A DNA stretch of 64,000 nt. Origin: Azolla caroliniana (Eukaryota; Plantae; Polypodiophyta). The translations under genes and the position numbers were made by a program. Position 1 is the first letter of the stretch, and every line of letters starts with the position of its first letter. The stretch is taken from NCBI GenBank assembly GCA_043228905.1, contig JBHGNT010000006.1, positions 17,794,001 to 17,858,000 of the forward strand, given 5' to 3'. The notes under the pieces were generated by a model. It saw nothing but the letters and a program-made list of their open reading frames with translations, was not told the origin of the DNA and did not search any database. This document shows positions 50,780 through 63,000 of this stretch, piece after piece.

Positions 50780-52338
50780 TGTTGAGAGACAAGCTCAACA
50801 TAGGCCAAATTGGCTGAAGAAGCCAATAGCCGAATCGGTTGGAGACCGATTTACTAGGCCCGAATGGCTGAAGAAACCGAGAGCTGAATCAAATGGAGTT
50901 CAATTTGGGTATGTCGAATCGGATGGAAACTGATAGGCTATTAGGGACCTATATTCCTATTATAGTAAATAGGAATATTATAGGTTGTTAGTGTTAGGCT
51001 CATTTATGAGCATTCATGTACTCGTTAGTATTTGAGTTAGCCCACTCATAGGGCTTGTATATAAAGTGCACTCTGAGCACTATTGTATGTACTGAGTCTT
51101 CTAGTAATCGAAATATTGTTGTCTGCTCCACTTAGTCTCTCTCCCTCTCTCTCTCATATTCTCTATGTTTACCTAATTGTCGAGTTTCCAAATAACGGAT
51201 TGTGTACTCGTTGTCTTTTGCACACGCTTCCGCACACGAACCTTTTTACATGGTATCAGAGCGTGAGGGTTGAGAATCCTTTGCAGCCAATTAAAAAGTA
51301 AACGAACAAGATAGACATAAGCCATCTTCGTTTTTCGGAAAAAGAAAAGATAGGAACATGGACAGAGGAATGGGAAGCTTTCTTCCGAAAGAGACAATCG
51401 ATCGGAGCAACTACGCGTCTTGGTCATACAAGATGCACCAATACCTGCTCGGGCACGGTTACTGGATTTATGTTGAAGGAGATAATGATGTAGCACTGAA
51501 GTCGACACACAGAGATTTCCCGGTTTGGGAACAGGTGGCAAGCAGAGTTCTCTAGTGCTTTGCATCCTGTGTGAGCGATCAACTTTTGGGCTATATTTGG
51601 ACGCCAAGACACCAAAGGATGCGTGGACGAATCTCAGACGGATTTTCGCCACCAACACAACAACCAAGATGCTACAACTCAGGCAGGAGCTCAACAATGT
51701 CCAACAGAAAGATTTATTTATGGCTGATTACACAACCCGAATCAAGGAGATCTATGACTCCCTCACCTCCGTCAACATGAATGTTGAGGACGAAATGGTG
51801 TAGGTTTGCCTCGGAAGGTTAGCATCGAAGTTTGAGGCATTTCGAACGGTGGTCTACACGAGGGAGAATACGCCTTTGTTTTTTTTAGCTTCAATTGATG
51901 TTTCTCGTAGAAGAAAACCACTCAGGTGTGTCGATGAGTACACACACCGACAACAAGATGTTGTACACAGAGGCGGATTGGTCCCGTGGTCATGGTGGAG
52001 GAGGCGGGTCGGCACACAATGGAGGAAGCCGATAAGAGCGAAATCAGAGGCACATAGGAGGTGCTGATAGCAGTTCCAGACCCTCCACGAGTAGGGGTAG
52101 TCAAGGCGGTGCCGAAAGCCGGCAAGGGAAGCATGTGACGGACTACTGGTATTGTGGCAAGAAGGGCCACAAGGAGAGCAAGTGTTGGAAAAAGCTCGCC
52201 GATTCGGACAAAGCCAGATCAAGCCGAGGAGACACGGATATGCATCAAATATCACACTACGCCGAAGGCTCAGGGTGAGCCGAAACGAGCCCAACCTTCA
52301 TCATGAAGCACAAAACCAACTCGATGATGATGAGCACC
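50780..52338 (+). mobile_element. Copia H (Copia B lineage): 5' LTR 50780-51250, PBS and decayed gag; truncated by a deletion
   Basis: TGTTGAG...TTTACA, PBS TGGTATCAGAGC at 51251, gag 'SNYASWSYKMHQYLLGHGYW'. Fused directly to a Gypsy integrase at ~52339. Confidence 0.88.
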
Positions 52339-53544
52339 TCATACAATAATTCAGTTCATTCCTCAATAGGATATACTCCATTTTTTGCAAACATAGGATA
52401 TCATCCTTGTTGGACAATGATGGCACATCTAGAAATCTCGAAAAATCCTGCTGTTGAAGATCATCTGCGTCAACTCCAAGACATTCATGTTGCACTTTCT
52501 CAACATTTGCAGACTACTCAAGCCACACACAAAAAGCCGCAAATCGTCATCGTCTAGACTCTTCACCAAAGGAACCGACGTTTCGAATTGGGGATCGTGT
52601 ATGGTTACTACGACATAATGTGAAGACTACTAGACCTTGTGACAAGTTGGATTATCAACGACTTGGTCCATTTATTATCTCCAATCAGATTAAGGATGTT
52701 GCATTCCGCCTTGATCTACCTCCATAGATGCATCTACATCCGGTATTTCATGTCTCATTGTTGGAACCCTGCATTGGTATTTCTATTCTAGATCAGGTTG
52801 TTCTACCCCCACCTCCAGTTCAACTTGTTGATGGCCTAGAATTTGAAGTCAAAACTATTTTGGACTCCAAGATATTATGTAAAAAGCTTTATTATCTCGT
52901 GGATTGGTTAGGGTATACATGAAATGATCGTACTTGGGAGCCAGCTAAGAACCTTGATAATGCCTCCAACTTGATGGTTGAATTTCATCGCCAATATCCA
53001 GATAAGCCAAGTCCGAATTCATGCATTACGACTCATGGAACTCATCGTCAAAGGAGGGGGATGGTGTCGTGTGTATATAAAACCCAATAAGCTTTATGGT
53101 GATTTGAACCCATGACCTCCTCAAAGAAAGCATATAACCCCAACCATTAGGCTACATCATATTATATATATTAAATTATAAATTCTATTTCTATCAATAG
53201 GAAATATATATAATAATATTATTGAAATGTCACCACCTTGCATAGGCTAACGCATGATTGCCAAGTGGCATGCTTGCATGAATGCCAAGTGGCGATCATG
53301 TGTGCCTATGAGGTGGCGATCATGCATGTATCCAAACCATGTTATATAAACATGTATTTGAGTATTGATGAACCATTATGGTTCAATGCTAGTCTTCAAC
53401 ATATTCTTGTAAACCTTACTCTCGTTGTTAATATATTATCAAATTTTTCTTATCTCTCTCATATCTTGCGCTTCTCATTCTCTCCTTCATTTAAAAACTC
53501 GTTCCTAGCTTTGGCCCTAACATCCGGCATCGAAAGGCACGACA
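52339..53544 (+). mobile_element. Chromovirus (Tcn1-like) 3' end: integrase C-terminus, GPF motif, chromodomain (52839-53009), PPT and 3' LTR (53065-53544)
   Basis: 'SYNNSVHSSIGYTPFFAN', 'KLDYQRLGPF', 'HPVFHVSLLEP', 'EFEVKTILDSK...YYLVDWLGY...TWEP'. PPT AAGGAGGGGGATGG. LTR TGTCGTG...CACGACA. Confidence 0.9.
53100..53154 (-). promoter_or_regulatory. tRNA-derived A-box/B-box module, antisense within the chromovirus LTR
   Basis: On the minus strand: TAGCCTAATGG, 33 nt ending GAGGAGGTCATG, then GGTTCAAATCA. Confidence 0.7.
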
Positions 53545-53797
53545 ACACAGGCCTCATCTATAGACGAATCAACCCTTTCACTATTTGCAACAACTTTACT
53601 TTTTTGGATACTACCTAAGTTAAAAGGCTCGGTCGAAAAAAACGAGTCGATCTTTGCCCAATATCACCGTTTGACTCTTGACGTTGACACCTTTGAACGT
53701 TTTGATGGTTGTATTCCTCGATGGAGAATAATGAGTTATTAGGTAATGTAAAACGTTCAATAGAAAATAGGGAAATTTGACTCGATGCTGAGGACAT
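53545..53797 (-). pseudogene. Sola1/DUF7869-like transposase copy 2, N-terminus
   Basis: 'MSSASSQISLFSIERFTLPNNSLFSIEEYN...DSSIDEAC' aligns with copy 1 'MSST*SRMSLFSMNPYALSNNSLFSNDEYN...DTSSDNAC'. Confidence 0.75.
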
Positions 53798-53982
53798 CTC
53801 GACTAGGGTAGATTAGATCAAATGAGAGAAAAATTAGTAATTTTTTTACTAGAATAAGCCACTAGAACATAAGAAGTATCAGAAACGATAAAAACCCGAT
53901 GAAGACGATCTAGAGATGCTAGAGTTCGTGGAGGAGGAGGAGGAGGAGGAGGAGCAACAACTTTGTTGCTCCAGGAGGCCAA

Positions 53983-56206
53983 ATGTCATCAGGCATTTTA
54001 TCTTTTGAGCAAAATCGTATTAGAGAGAACACTACAAAGACTAAATTGGTACATAAAGGCCAGCTTTTTCATTTGCCTATATGTTCAATTGAAAGGCAGC
54101 TAGTAGATCTTGTGACAGGGAGATGGCCATTAGAAATCTGAGAGCCCCATGTTGTGCACGTGCAAAACCTTAAGAGTAAAATGAAGATTAATCTGCACGC
54201 CTACGGTAGTACCTTTTCTAGTAATGATGGATCCAGACTAATGCCCCACCACTGTTGATTTCAAATATAGTTCAACTTATGACTATATTTCCTACGTTAT
54301 CGGAGGATCACATTCGGCTGAAGCCTGACGACAACTCGTGAAAGAATATCCTCTGACCCCGTTCTTCAAGTACGTAGAATGCAAAGTCTATGCCAGTCTT
54401 ACACATGAAGAGGCCAAGTTGTTATCCTGGGACCACAATAATGATAGTGATTATAGACAAAAGATGTCTTGTATCCAACGAATAAGATTTTTTCACCATG
54501 AGTGATGCATTGCAAAGATATGGTCCCAGAATACATCCCAATCTACGTCGACAATGTCTGTTGGAGGTGGGTATAATGGTTGATGAAATCATGAGGTAGG
54601 AAAGATTGAGGAAATATGACTCGTGGTTTTAGCTAACCTTTAGAACATGGGAGGTTTGGGATTTGCAAGATAGAATATTTAGCATGTGGGAGTGGAAAGA
54701 GAAGAAAGGACAACAATCAAAGACGGCCAAACTCGATCCACAGGTGGAAATGAAGTCAAATTCACATAAAAGTGATTTGATTATCGAGGAGCTCCCTGAA
54801 GATATGAAGCTGCTCCCTTGGCGGTCTTTACAAGGCATTAAAGATGACAAGTTATTAATATCTATACTTTCACGAGTAGCTGCCAAGGAGTTTAGCTTGG
54901 ACGAGATGGTTATTGAATTTCAGAAGTAAGTATTATTCATAGGTTCTTCTTTGATTGGCTTCTTGTTTTCTTACCATGATTGACCTATAATTTCTTTGGT
55001 TGTTAGCCATAAAGTATACATGAAGATCCAAGAGGCGATGATGAAGGAATTGTCATTGCCAACATGGGAGGAAGTTGAACAAACATGCCCAATGACATCA
55101 TCATACAAGGCCTTGGAAGAATTTTTTATCGTATTTAGAGAATGGGTAAGTGTGTTCATACTTTTACTTTAATTGTTCATCATGGCTTTCCCTAACCAAA
55201 ATGATAAATGCAGAAACCTCCTTGCTCCAAAAAAGTTGGAGACACTAATGAAGGTATTCCAAGCTTGTTTAGTACACATTTGGAACGTGCAAAGTATGAA
55301 AAAAGAATGACAAAAGGAAAGAAGTTGGAAGTGCCTGAAGATTCAGAGACAGTGAAAAATTTCCTACACAAATCCCATCCTTTCCGACAACTGCATTATA
55401 GTGTATTCAACGGGGAAGTGGGTAGTATGCTAAACATATTACCCAAGAGGCACTATACTTTACTTATCACTGACATTCCATATGGATTCCGGATAAGGGA
55501 TCCATGTACAATGATGTGCCATACAAATATTCCCAGATAGAGAAAATGGTGAAAGACTTCTCCGAGTTGACCCTTGCACCTTTATGGAGGATCGTAATAT
55601 TCCATTGCATGGGCCAATCATTTTCTGTCACAACGGCTTTAAATCGACATGTCACACAAAAAAACATATGCATTGGTAAGCTACAAGTTGTTTTGATTTA
55701 CTATTATAAATGTTGTTTTAATCAGTTGCAAACTATATTCTTAACACGATTGTATGATGTTAATAGGATTAAAACTAATATCACAAATACTCCGGGTGAT
55801 CGAATGGTTAGTGCGGTTGAACATCTTTGTGTGGGGTACTACGATGCAATTACGAAGAAGAAGGCTCGGGCACATGTCAATGAAAGAAATCTTGTCAACT
55901 ACATCATGTGCCCAGCGGTGACAAAGAAGCTACGCCATGTATCTAATGATAAGAGCCTTGTGAACCCGTACCAAAAACCACAAAGACTAATCAACTACCT
56001 AATTGAGTTGTTTTAAAACCCAGATGATTGGGTTTTAGATTTGTTTTCCGACAAAGGTATATAATATAAAACTTGTTACATCAATTTAGATTAACGTGTA
56101 GTCTATTCTCGATTCTACTAGGCATATTGACGAAGCCAATGAGGACAATCCTAATGAAAGAGCTAATCCTGAAGAGCCGGCTTTACCAAACTTATTATTG
56201 GATTGA
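53983..56206 (+). pseudogene. ParB/Srx-like domain fused to a beta-class N6-adenine/N4-cytosine DNA methyltransferase; spliced and decayed
   Basis: ParB-like 'YVIGGSHSAEA*RQL...CKVY..LTHEEAKLL..DHN' (54293-54440). MTase motif IV 'LLITDIPYG' (DIPY 55472-55483), 'WIKTN', 'NPYQKPQRLINYLIELF*NPDDWVLDLFSDK(G)' (55963-56056). GT-AG introns at 54926-55006, 55146-55213, 55676-55766 and probably 56057-56121. Confidence 0.8.
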
Positions 56207-56295
56207 ATACATATTTCTTATTGTAAAATTTGAACAATATGAATTGTTAAATTTTGATGTAATATATAAGTTGACTTTATTTATAATTTGTGTGT

Positions 56296-59200
56296 TGTAA
56301 AGAGTAGCGCGTGGAAGCTTATACACGAAACTAGCTTCATGGGATAGTAAGAGAGAGTACGGACAGGTTTTATAGAAGCTTCAAAACAAAGAATACACAA
56401 GAGAGACAAAGAGAGCAGAATAGCATAAAACTAAATTAAAAAATAATAACACTCTAAACATACAAATGTCCTACATAACACTTTTTATACAAGTCCTTAA
56501 AGGAGTGACAGAAGTACTTACATGTACTTCAATGATCATATGAGCGACTGACACTGACTCCTAGAAATATGCCTATGTACTAGGCTAGGATCTTAGGACT
56601 CTAACGACTTACCGATTACAACCCGATTCGTCTCTCCGATACGACTCTTGGTTCCGGATATCGATACAGATAGCTATCCGGTTCTCCGTTCCGAATATCG
56701 ATCATGTTCCGGCTTATTTAGCTGATTCGGATTCGATTGAGCTTGTCTACTCAACACTCCCCCTCAAGCTCAACTTGAGGTTGGATTGCCGAGTGAGTGT
56801 TTGCTGAACCTTGCATCCGGCTTCTCCAGGCGTCTTCCCGCCTTGCTCACACTCCTCAACCCGTCTGATTCCTCTTTCCATGACCCGTTTGATCCAGCGC
56901 ACCTCGACCTTGACTTTGCCACTATCGCTGCTTGTTCTGACTTGTTCGGATGTGCTGACTTCTTCAGTTGACTCATCTTCCTTTTTCTTCTTGTCTCCCC
57001 CTGTCTCTTCGGCTCTTTGTCCGGTGCCAATGCCTATTTTCCTAGTTCCCGTTGCAATTTCCTCCTTTCTCCCCCTCAACTACGGCATGTCGAGATGCTG
57101 AAGACCAAGCATCTCCGAAAAATGTTGCAACTTGTCGATTCCAAAGGCCTTGGTGAAGATGTCGACAACTTGCTGATCCGTCCGGACATACCGCGATCAA
57201 TAGAGCCACAATCAGCTGCTTTTTGATAGTCCATGCAACAGTTGCACTACCAAGAGACAACGAAAAACCGGAAGTGGACCAACGATCCGACGCATCTCCG
57301 GCCTAGTCGGCATCCGTATACCCGACTAGCTTTTCGGTTATACTGTGTTGGTATAACAGTCCCTTGTCCTTAATGCCACTAACATACCAGAGTATCCCGT
57401 GCATGCACTAAAGGTGCTCCACGGTTGGCTTCTACATGAATTGACTTATCACCTCGACCGAATAGCTAATATTGGGTCAGGTAATTGTTGACGTACCCAG
57501 CGCTCGGCCACAACCGAGAAATAGGATCAAATCACAGAAAACAAGAAAACACGAAATGCTCCAAGACTACAGAGAGAAGAGTGCACAGGATATTTTACGT
57601 GGAAAACCCTAAATGGGAAAAACCACGGGAGTCCTCAAACTCCAACTCACACTATACACAGAGATGTACAATGGTGAAGCTTCAAGGCAACAACCTTGAG
57701 CTCACTGTCTTCGCCACAGGCGGCGGCAATACACAGAGGCAACGACCTCTTCGTCTCTCTCTCTCTCTCTCTCTCTCGGCTGCTCTCTTCACTCTCTCTA
57801 AGTGGAAAAACAGAAAAATGAGTAGCAACCTAAAACTGTTTGCCCTAAGTCATATTTATACACATATGACTTTCAGGCTATTTACAAATATAGCCACAAG
57901 GGCCCTTGGCAAACATATTCACAAATATGTCCCCGCATCCGGATCTCTCTCCGGGTACATACATCATCCGGCTCCGTAGCCGGGGTCTTCGTCATCCGGT
58001 TCCGTAGCCGGGTCTTCATCATCCGGCTCCGTAGCCGGGTACTCTTCATCCGGCTTCATGCCAGGTACTCTTCATCCGGCTTCATGCCGGGTACTCTTCA
58101 TCCTCCGGTTCCGTAACCGCAACCGGGCTTGCCTTCATTCATCTCCGGACATCCCATCCGGAGGGACCGTAAATCCCAACAATTGTTAAGTATATAAGGC
58201 TCCCAACGATTTGTCAGAACCGTTTCTTGTTACAAGTTGGTCCGAAGTCGGGACGAAGCTTTAGGTTCCATTCTAGGGGTGTGGAGGCTGGTCGACAATC
58301 CATCATGCCGAACTTGTACAACATATTCAACACATAACGTCTTTGGGACAACAATATGTTGTCGAGGGTGAGGATCACTTCGATCCCAAGGAAGTAATGA
58401 AGGTTCCCCAAGTCCTTCATTTCAAATGCGTCCGACATCTGGGACTTCACTCAGCCGATTTCAGCAAGTCCGGGACTTGTTGAGTCGGCACACTACTGAC
58501 TTGTTCATCTCTAACTGAAATACAGGGGGTTGGATCATGTAGACTTGTTCTTCATGATCACCCTGAAGAAACACATTCTTCACGTCCATTTGGTGAAGAT
58601 GCCATCCCCTTACCGCAGCAACTGCCAGCACCACACAAACCGTCGTTGGATTGTCGTCTCCAGTTTCGACAACTCTTGGTTGGTCTAGCTTTTCCAAAAA
58701 CGAGAACCACTCTTCGTGGTTCTTCATGTGGTTAGATGCTCCGGAGTCAACGTACCACAGTTCCTCTGATCCGGAAGTGGTCATCTTCATCGAGTTCGCT
58801 TTGTCCTTCATCACAAAGGACGACCCTTTTCTGATCTTTCCGGTTCCGGATCCTTCCAATCCTTTTGCGTAGTGCAAGCTTTGTCGGTTCCCTTGTCCGG
58901 CCTTACCGGATTCGTATTTATCCGAATCGGTGCTCTTCTTCCAGCACTCGCTTTCCTGGTGGCCCTTCTTGCCACAGTACTAGCATTTCGTGTCGGTCTT
59001 TCCTTGCCGGTTTCCGGCGCCGCTTTTACTCCCCCTGCTAGTGGAGGCTCTGGAACGGCTGTCGGCACCATCTCTATGCCTCCGATTCTGCTCTTGCCAG
59101 CCATTGCTATTGCGTGCCGACCCACCTTGTCCCCCACGCCCAGGGGCCGATCTGCCTTTGTGTACATCATCCGATTGTTCGATTGAGTGGTCCTTGACCT

Positions 59201-59833
59201 GCTCACATGGTTTTCTTCGACCATGAGCATCGATTGCAGGTCGAAGAAGGACAGTGGCTTCTCTCAGATGCAAATTGCCGTCCGGATTGGCCCGTACCAT
59301 TGTGCTAGACCACCGAGGCAGATCTGCATGTCCCATTGTTAGATATTGTTGAGCTCTTGCCGGAGCTGCAACTTTCGAGCCATGGTACTTGCGGCGAAAA
59401 TCTTCCAAAGATTTTCCCATGCCTCCTTCGGTGACATTGTGTCTCTAATGTAGCCGAGCATCTAGATGTGCACAGAGGACGCGAGGTAGTACAACACTCT
59501 GCTCGCTCCTTGCTCCCATACCGGGAAGTCCTTGTGTGCTAAATCCGGCGTTGCTTCATTTGCTCCTTCCATGTAGCTCCAGTATTCGTTCCCTAGCAGA
59601 TACTGTTGCATTTTATACGACTAGGACGTATAGTTGCTCCGGTTGAGGTTTTCTGTAGGAAGCGAGCTCGCCATGCTTTTGTCCATATCTTTCTTCTATT
59701 CTTTACGATGATTAGTGTTTGTTTGTTTTGAGCAGTTGTTGGTAGCAGAGGTTCTTAACCCTCGCACTCTGATACCATGTACAGGGTAGCGTGCAGAAGC
59801 TTATAGACGAAACCGGCTTCACCGAATAGTAAG
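56296..59833 (-). mobile_element. Copia G (Copia B lineage), internally deleted with no integrase; 3' LTR 56296-56756, 5' LTR begins at 59778 and is interrupted by the LINE
   Basis: PBS (minus) ends at 59777 and PPT is at 56757. The protease start 'WYVDSGAS...VVETGDD' is fused directly to RT 'TVCVVLAVAAVRGWHLHQMDVK'. Confidence 0.88.
57489..58181 (-). repeat. Solo LTR related to the Copia C LTR family, with short CCGG-rich tandem repeats (57962-58115)
   Basis: Minus-strand TGTTGGGA...CGTCA with perfect TSD ATTGT (57484-57488 and 58182-58186). Confidence 0.9.
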
Positions 59834-60034
59834 AAAGAAAGAAAGAAAGATGTATTAACGTCTTCTAAGGCCAAATTTGGCCCATGAGACAATTGGTTTA
59901 CAACAATAGAGTATTTATCCAGTCATCATAACTAAAAATAAAATTAAGTAAAAAAAATAGAACTTAAACTAAAAGAGTTCTAGTAGTGTACAATATGTAG
60001 TATACTCGAAAGTGACTATACACTAAGCCTAATT

Positions 60035-63000
60035 TTATTTCCACCCAAGCCTCTCGAAAAGAAGTGGGGGGTCAAAGGGTCTTGATGTGGGTTCCAATGT
60101 AGAGAGTGCCCTAGCCATGGCTTCTAGGCGGTGTAGCTCACGTTCCCGTATTTTCAATATTGCTTCCACATCACGTTGAGTTGCTTTGAAATCCGGAACC
60201 CGAGGACGTCTGGTTCTTCTCTGGTTTTCTGCCTCATCAATGGAAAGGCCGAGTGGTGCAAGTGTGTCGGCATTCGTTGTCTCCTCAGGTTCCTGAAAAA
60301 CTGCATTTGTTACATGTTCGTGATCATTAGCAACATTATTGTCAACATTTTGTAATTTATTCTCTCTGTGTTGTTTTAGCTCTAGAATGTATTTGCCTAA
60401 TTTCTTTATATCTAGAGTATCTAATAGTTTGGGGAGGGTGGGAGACGGACCAAGTATGTCTTGGTATTTTGCCCTTATCTCGGCATAGGTTGGACACTTG
60501 CATGTAAAGTGGTACTCATCCTCTATCTCTATGTGACATAACCTACATATCCTTTCCTCCCTAGGGACTCCATTAGTACGGCCATTTTCAATCTCAAGTT
60601 GGTGAGATGATATTCTAAGTTGTCCAATGGCAACCCTTAGTGCATGTGGTAAGAATACATCTAGATATTTTGGCCGCGTGATAAAACCTAACTCAGAGAA
60701 GTGCATGAAGTGTTTCTTATAGTACGACATTTTAGATGGGAGTGGCTTTAGTGGGGTGATCCATTTACACCGAGTGTAAATTTGCCATATTTCTTGGCGT
60801 ATTACTTTATTGCGGTTCTCATGAGAGATTAAGGTGTTATCACTCGTGTGGTTGTACCTAAGGGGAGGTAGGTTATTAATGTCTAGACCATTCGCAAGAA
60901 GCCAAGTCACCATCATGCCATACCATGAGCTAGTATAGCCGGACTCATACAATGATCGAGAGGCCTTAAAGGCTTGATGAGATATTCTATCATGTGGTTG
61001 GCTATGTATCCTATCAATAAAGACTACAAGTTGAAAAAGTGCCTCTACTAGCATTGGGGGTAACGTGAACTCGGCCCTAATAATGTCATGTGGTACAGTC
61101 GATTTGCTTCGGAGTTGGCGTGATAGCATCATCACCAATGGTCTCTCTAATTGCGTCCACATGAAGGATGGTAATCCTGGAGCCCAAACCGCTGATGCAT
61201 ACATGAGGGAGGGGGTCACTAATGAGTCAAAGAGCCACCCTTTAGTCCGTGACTCTTGAAAGTGTGCTTGGTGGCATTGTCTCTCTAGGAGTGAGAGGGA
61301 TGCATGTCCTCTTGTGAGTCTATCCTTCGCTGCCTGTGTCATCGAAAATTTACCTAAGCGGGCACTAAAAGTGACTCCGAGATATACGTACGATCCAACC
61401 ACCTCGACTGGGCTATGGGAGATAGTTAGGTGACACTTAGCTCTAACTTGGGCCGATGTGTGGAAGATAAGGACTTTCGTTTTCCCTAGATTCACTACCA
61501 ATCCTCGTTGTACACAAAAGTCATCTAAGGCATTGAGGTGCCTCTGTAGGTTGTGTTCGGATTCAGAGAGCAAAACTATGTCATCCGCATAGAGCAAGAT
61601 ACGAACCTGCGTATCCCCAAGGACCACTCCGGTGCCTCCCTCACGAGCAATAAAATCTGTGATCTCATCAATGTAGATCCCAAAAAGCGTCGGTGATAGG
61701 GGGCAACCTTGTTTTACACCAATAGTGCTAGTGAAACGATTGGATAGGCCACCTGGGCATCGGACACACCCAGACACTTGTTCATATAGTGCGTAGATGG
61801 CCCATACCATATCATCTGGTATCCTCAAGCTTTTAAGTCTATCAGACAACCGATCTCTAGGGACTGTGTCAAAGGCTTTGCGGAAGTCCACAAAACAACA
61901 ATATAATCTCTTCTTGCGAGCCCTAGTTTGGTCAATTAGGCATCTAAGTGTGAAGATGTGATCAATAGTGGAGAAGGCTCGTCTAAAGCCAGCTTGTTTA
62001 GGTGCACGAAGGTTTAGGGTCTCCATGTAGTCGCTAAGCTCTGCTTCCATTACTGCACCATATAACTTAGCAAGGGTATGGCCTATCATAATGGTCCTAT
62101 ATGTATTTGGGTCCATGGGGTGCCCCCCTTTATGTATGGGGATCACTGTATTCATAGTCCACTGTGGTGGAAAACCCTCTGCAAGGGCACGATTGAAGAT
62201 TAGAGTTAGCAAGGGAGCTAGGCACTCTCTCGCATATATAATGTGTTCTGCTCGCAATCTTGTGTGGTCCATGGACTTCCTATGTTGTAATTTCTTTATG
62301 ACCTTCATGACCCTAGAGGTCGTGAAAAGTGTCCCCGTGGTAGGCCGGGGTGTGGAAGGCATTGGAAAAGGTGGTTGGTTTGGGATTTGGTAAAGTCTCT
62401 CTGTATATGTGTGCCAAGTTTCAGGATCTTCGATGGTTGTTTGTGGTCTTGGCTCCTGTAGTCTCTTCCATGCCGTGGCGCAATCGCTACTCATGAGCAT
62501 ATGGTAGAGTTCCCAGTATTGGGATGCCTCCCACGCTTGTCTCTTACGACGTGTCATCTTACGCATTTCTTTGCGAGCTTGTGTGGAGGTAATACTACCA
62601 TTGAGTTGCGATACTGTAAGTTGTCTATGTAGGTCCCTACAATCCTCGTCATACCATTTATTTTGTGGCATTGATCCTGATCTACCTTGATTTGAGTGTT
62701 TTGTATATGGGAAACTGCTAGCTGCTGCGGAGTGAAGGATGTGTGTGAGTTTTGTATTAAGGCTTTCTAACGGTAGAGAGGGATCAATGGAGGGGAGATG
62801 GGCCTGAACATGTTGAGAGTATATGTCAGAGAGCTCATGTGTGAAATGTATTGTGGTGTGATGGCATGGTTGACTAGACTTGGTGACCTTAGAGATATCA
62901 CATTTTAGCTCGAAGTATAAGAAGCTATGGTCTGCGCCAATAGGGCATGGGGCCACTTGGAAGGAGTTAATCATGTGGGTAGCTTCCGGGCGTCCTATTA

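Noticed and set aside
53983-56206. Bacterial or phage contamination as the source of the ParB-MTase
   Set aside because: The gene has spliceosomal GT-AG introns and AT-rich composition, and is contiguous with plant retrotransposon insertions on both sides.
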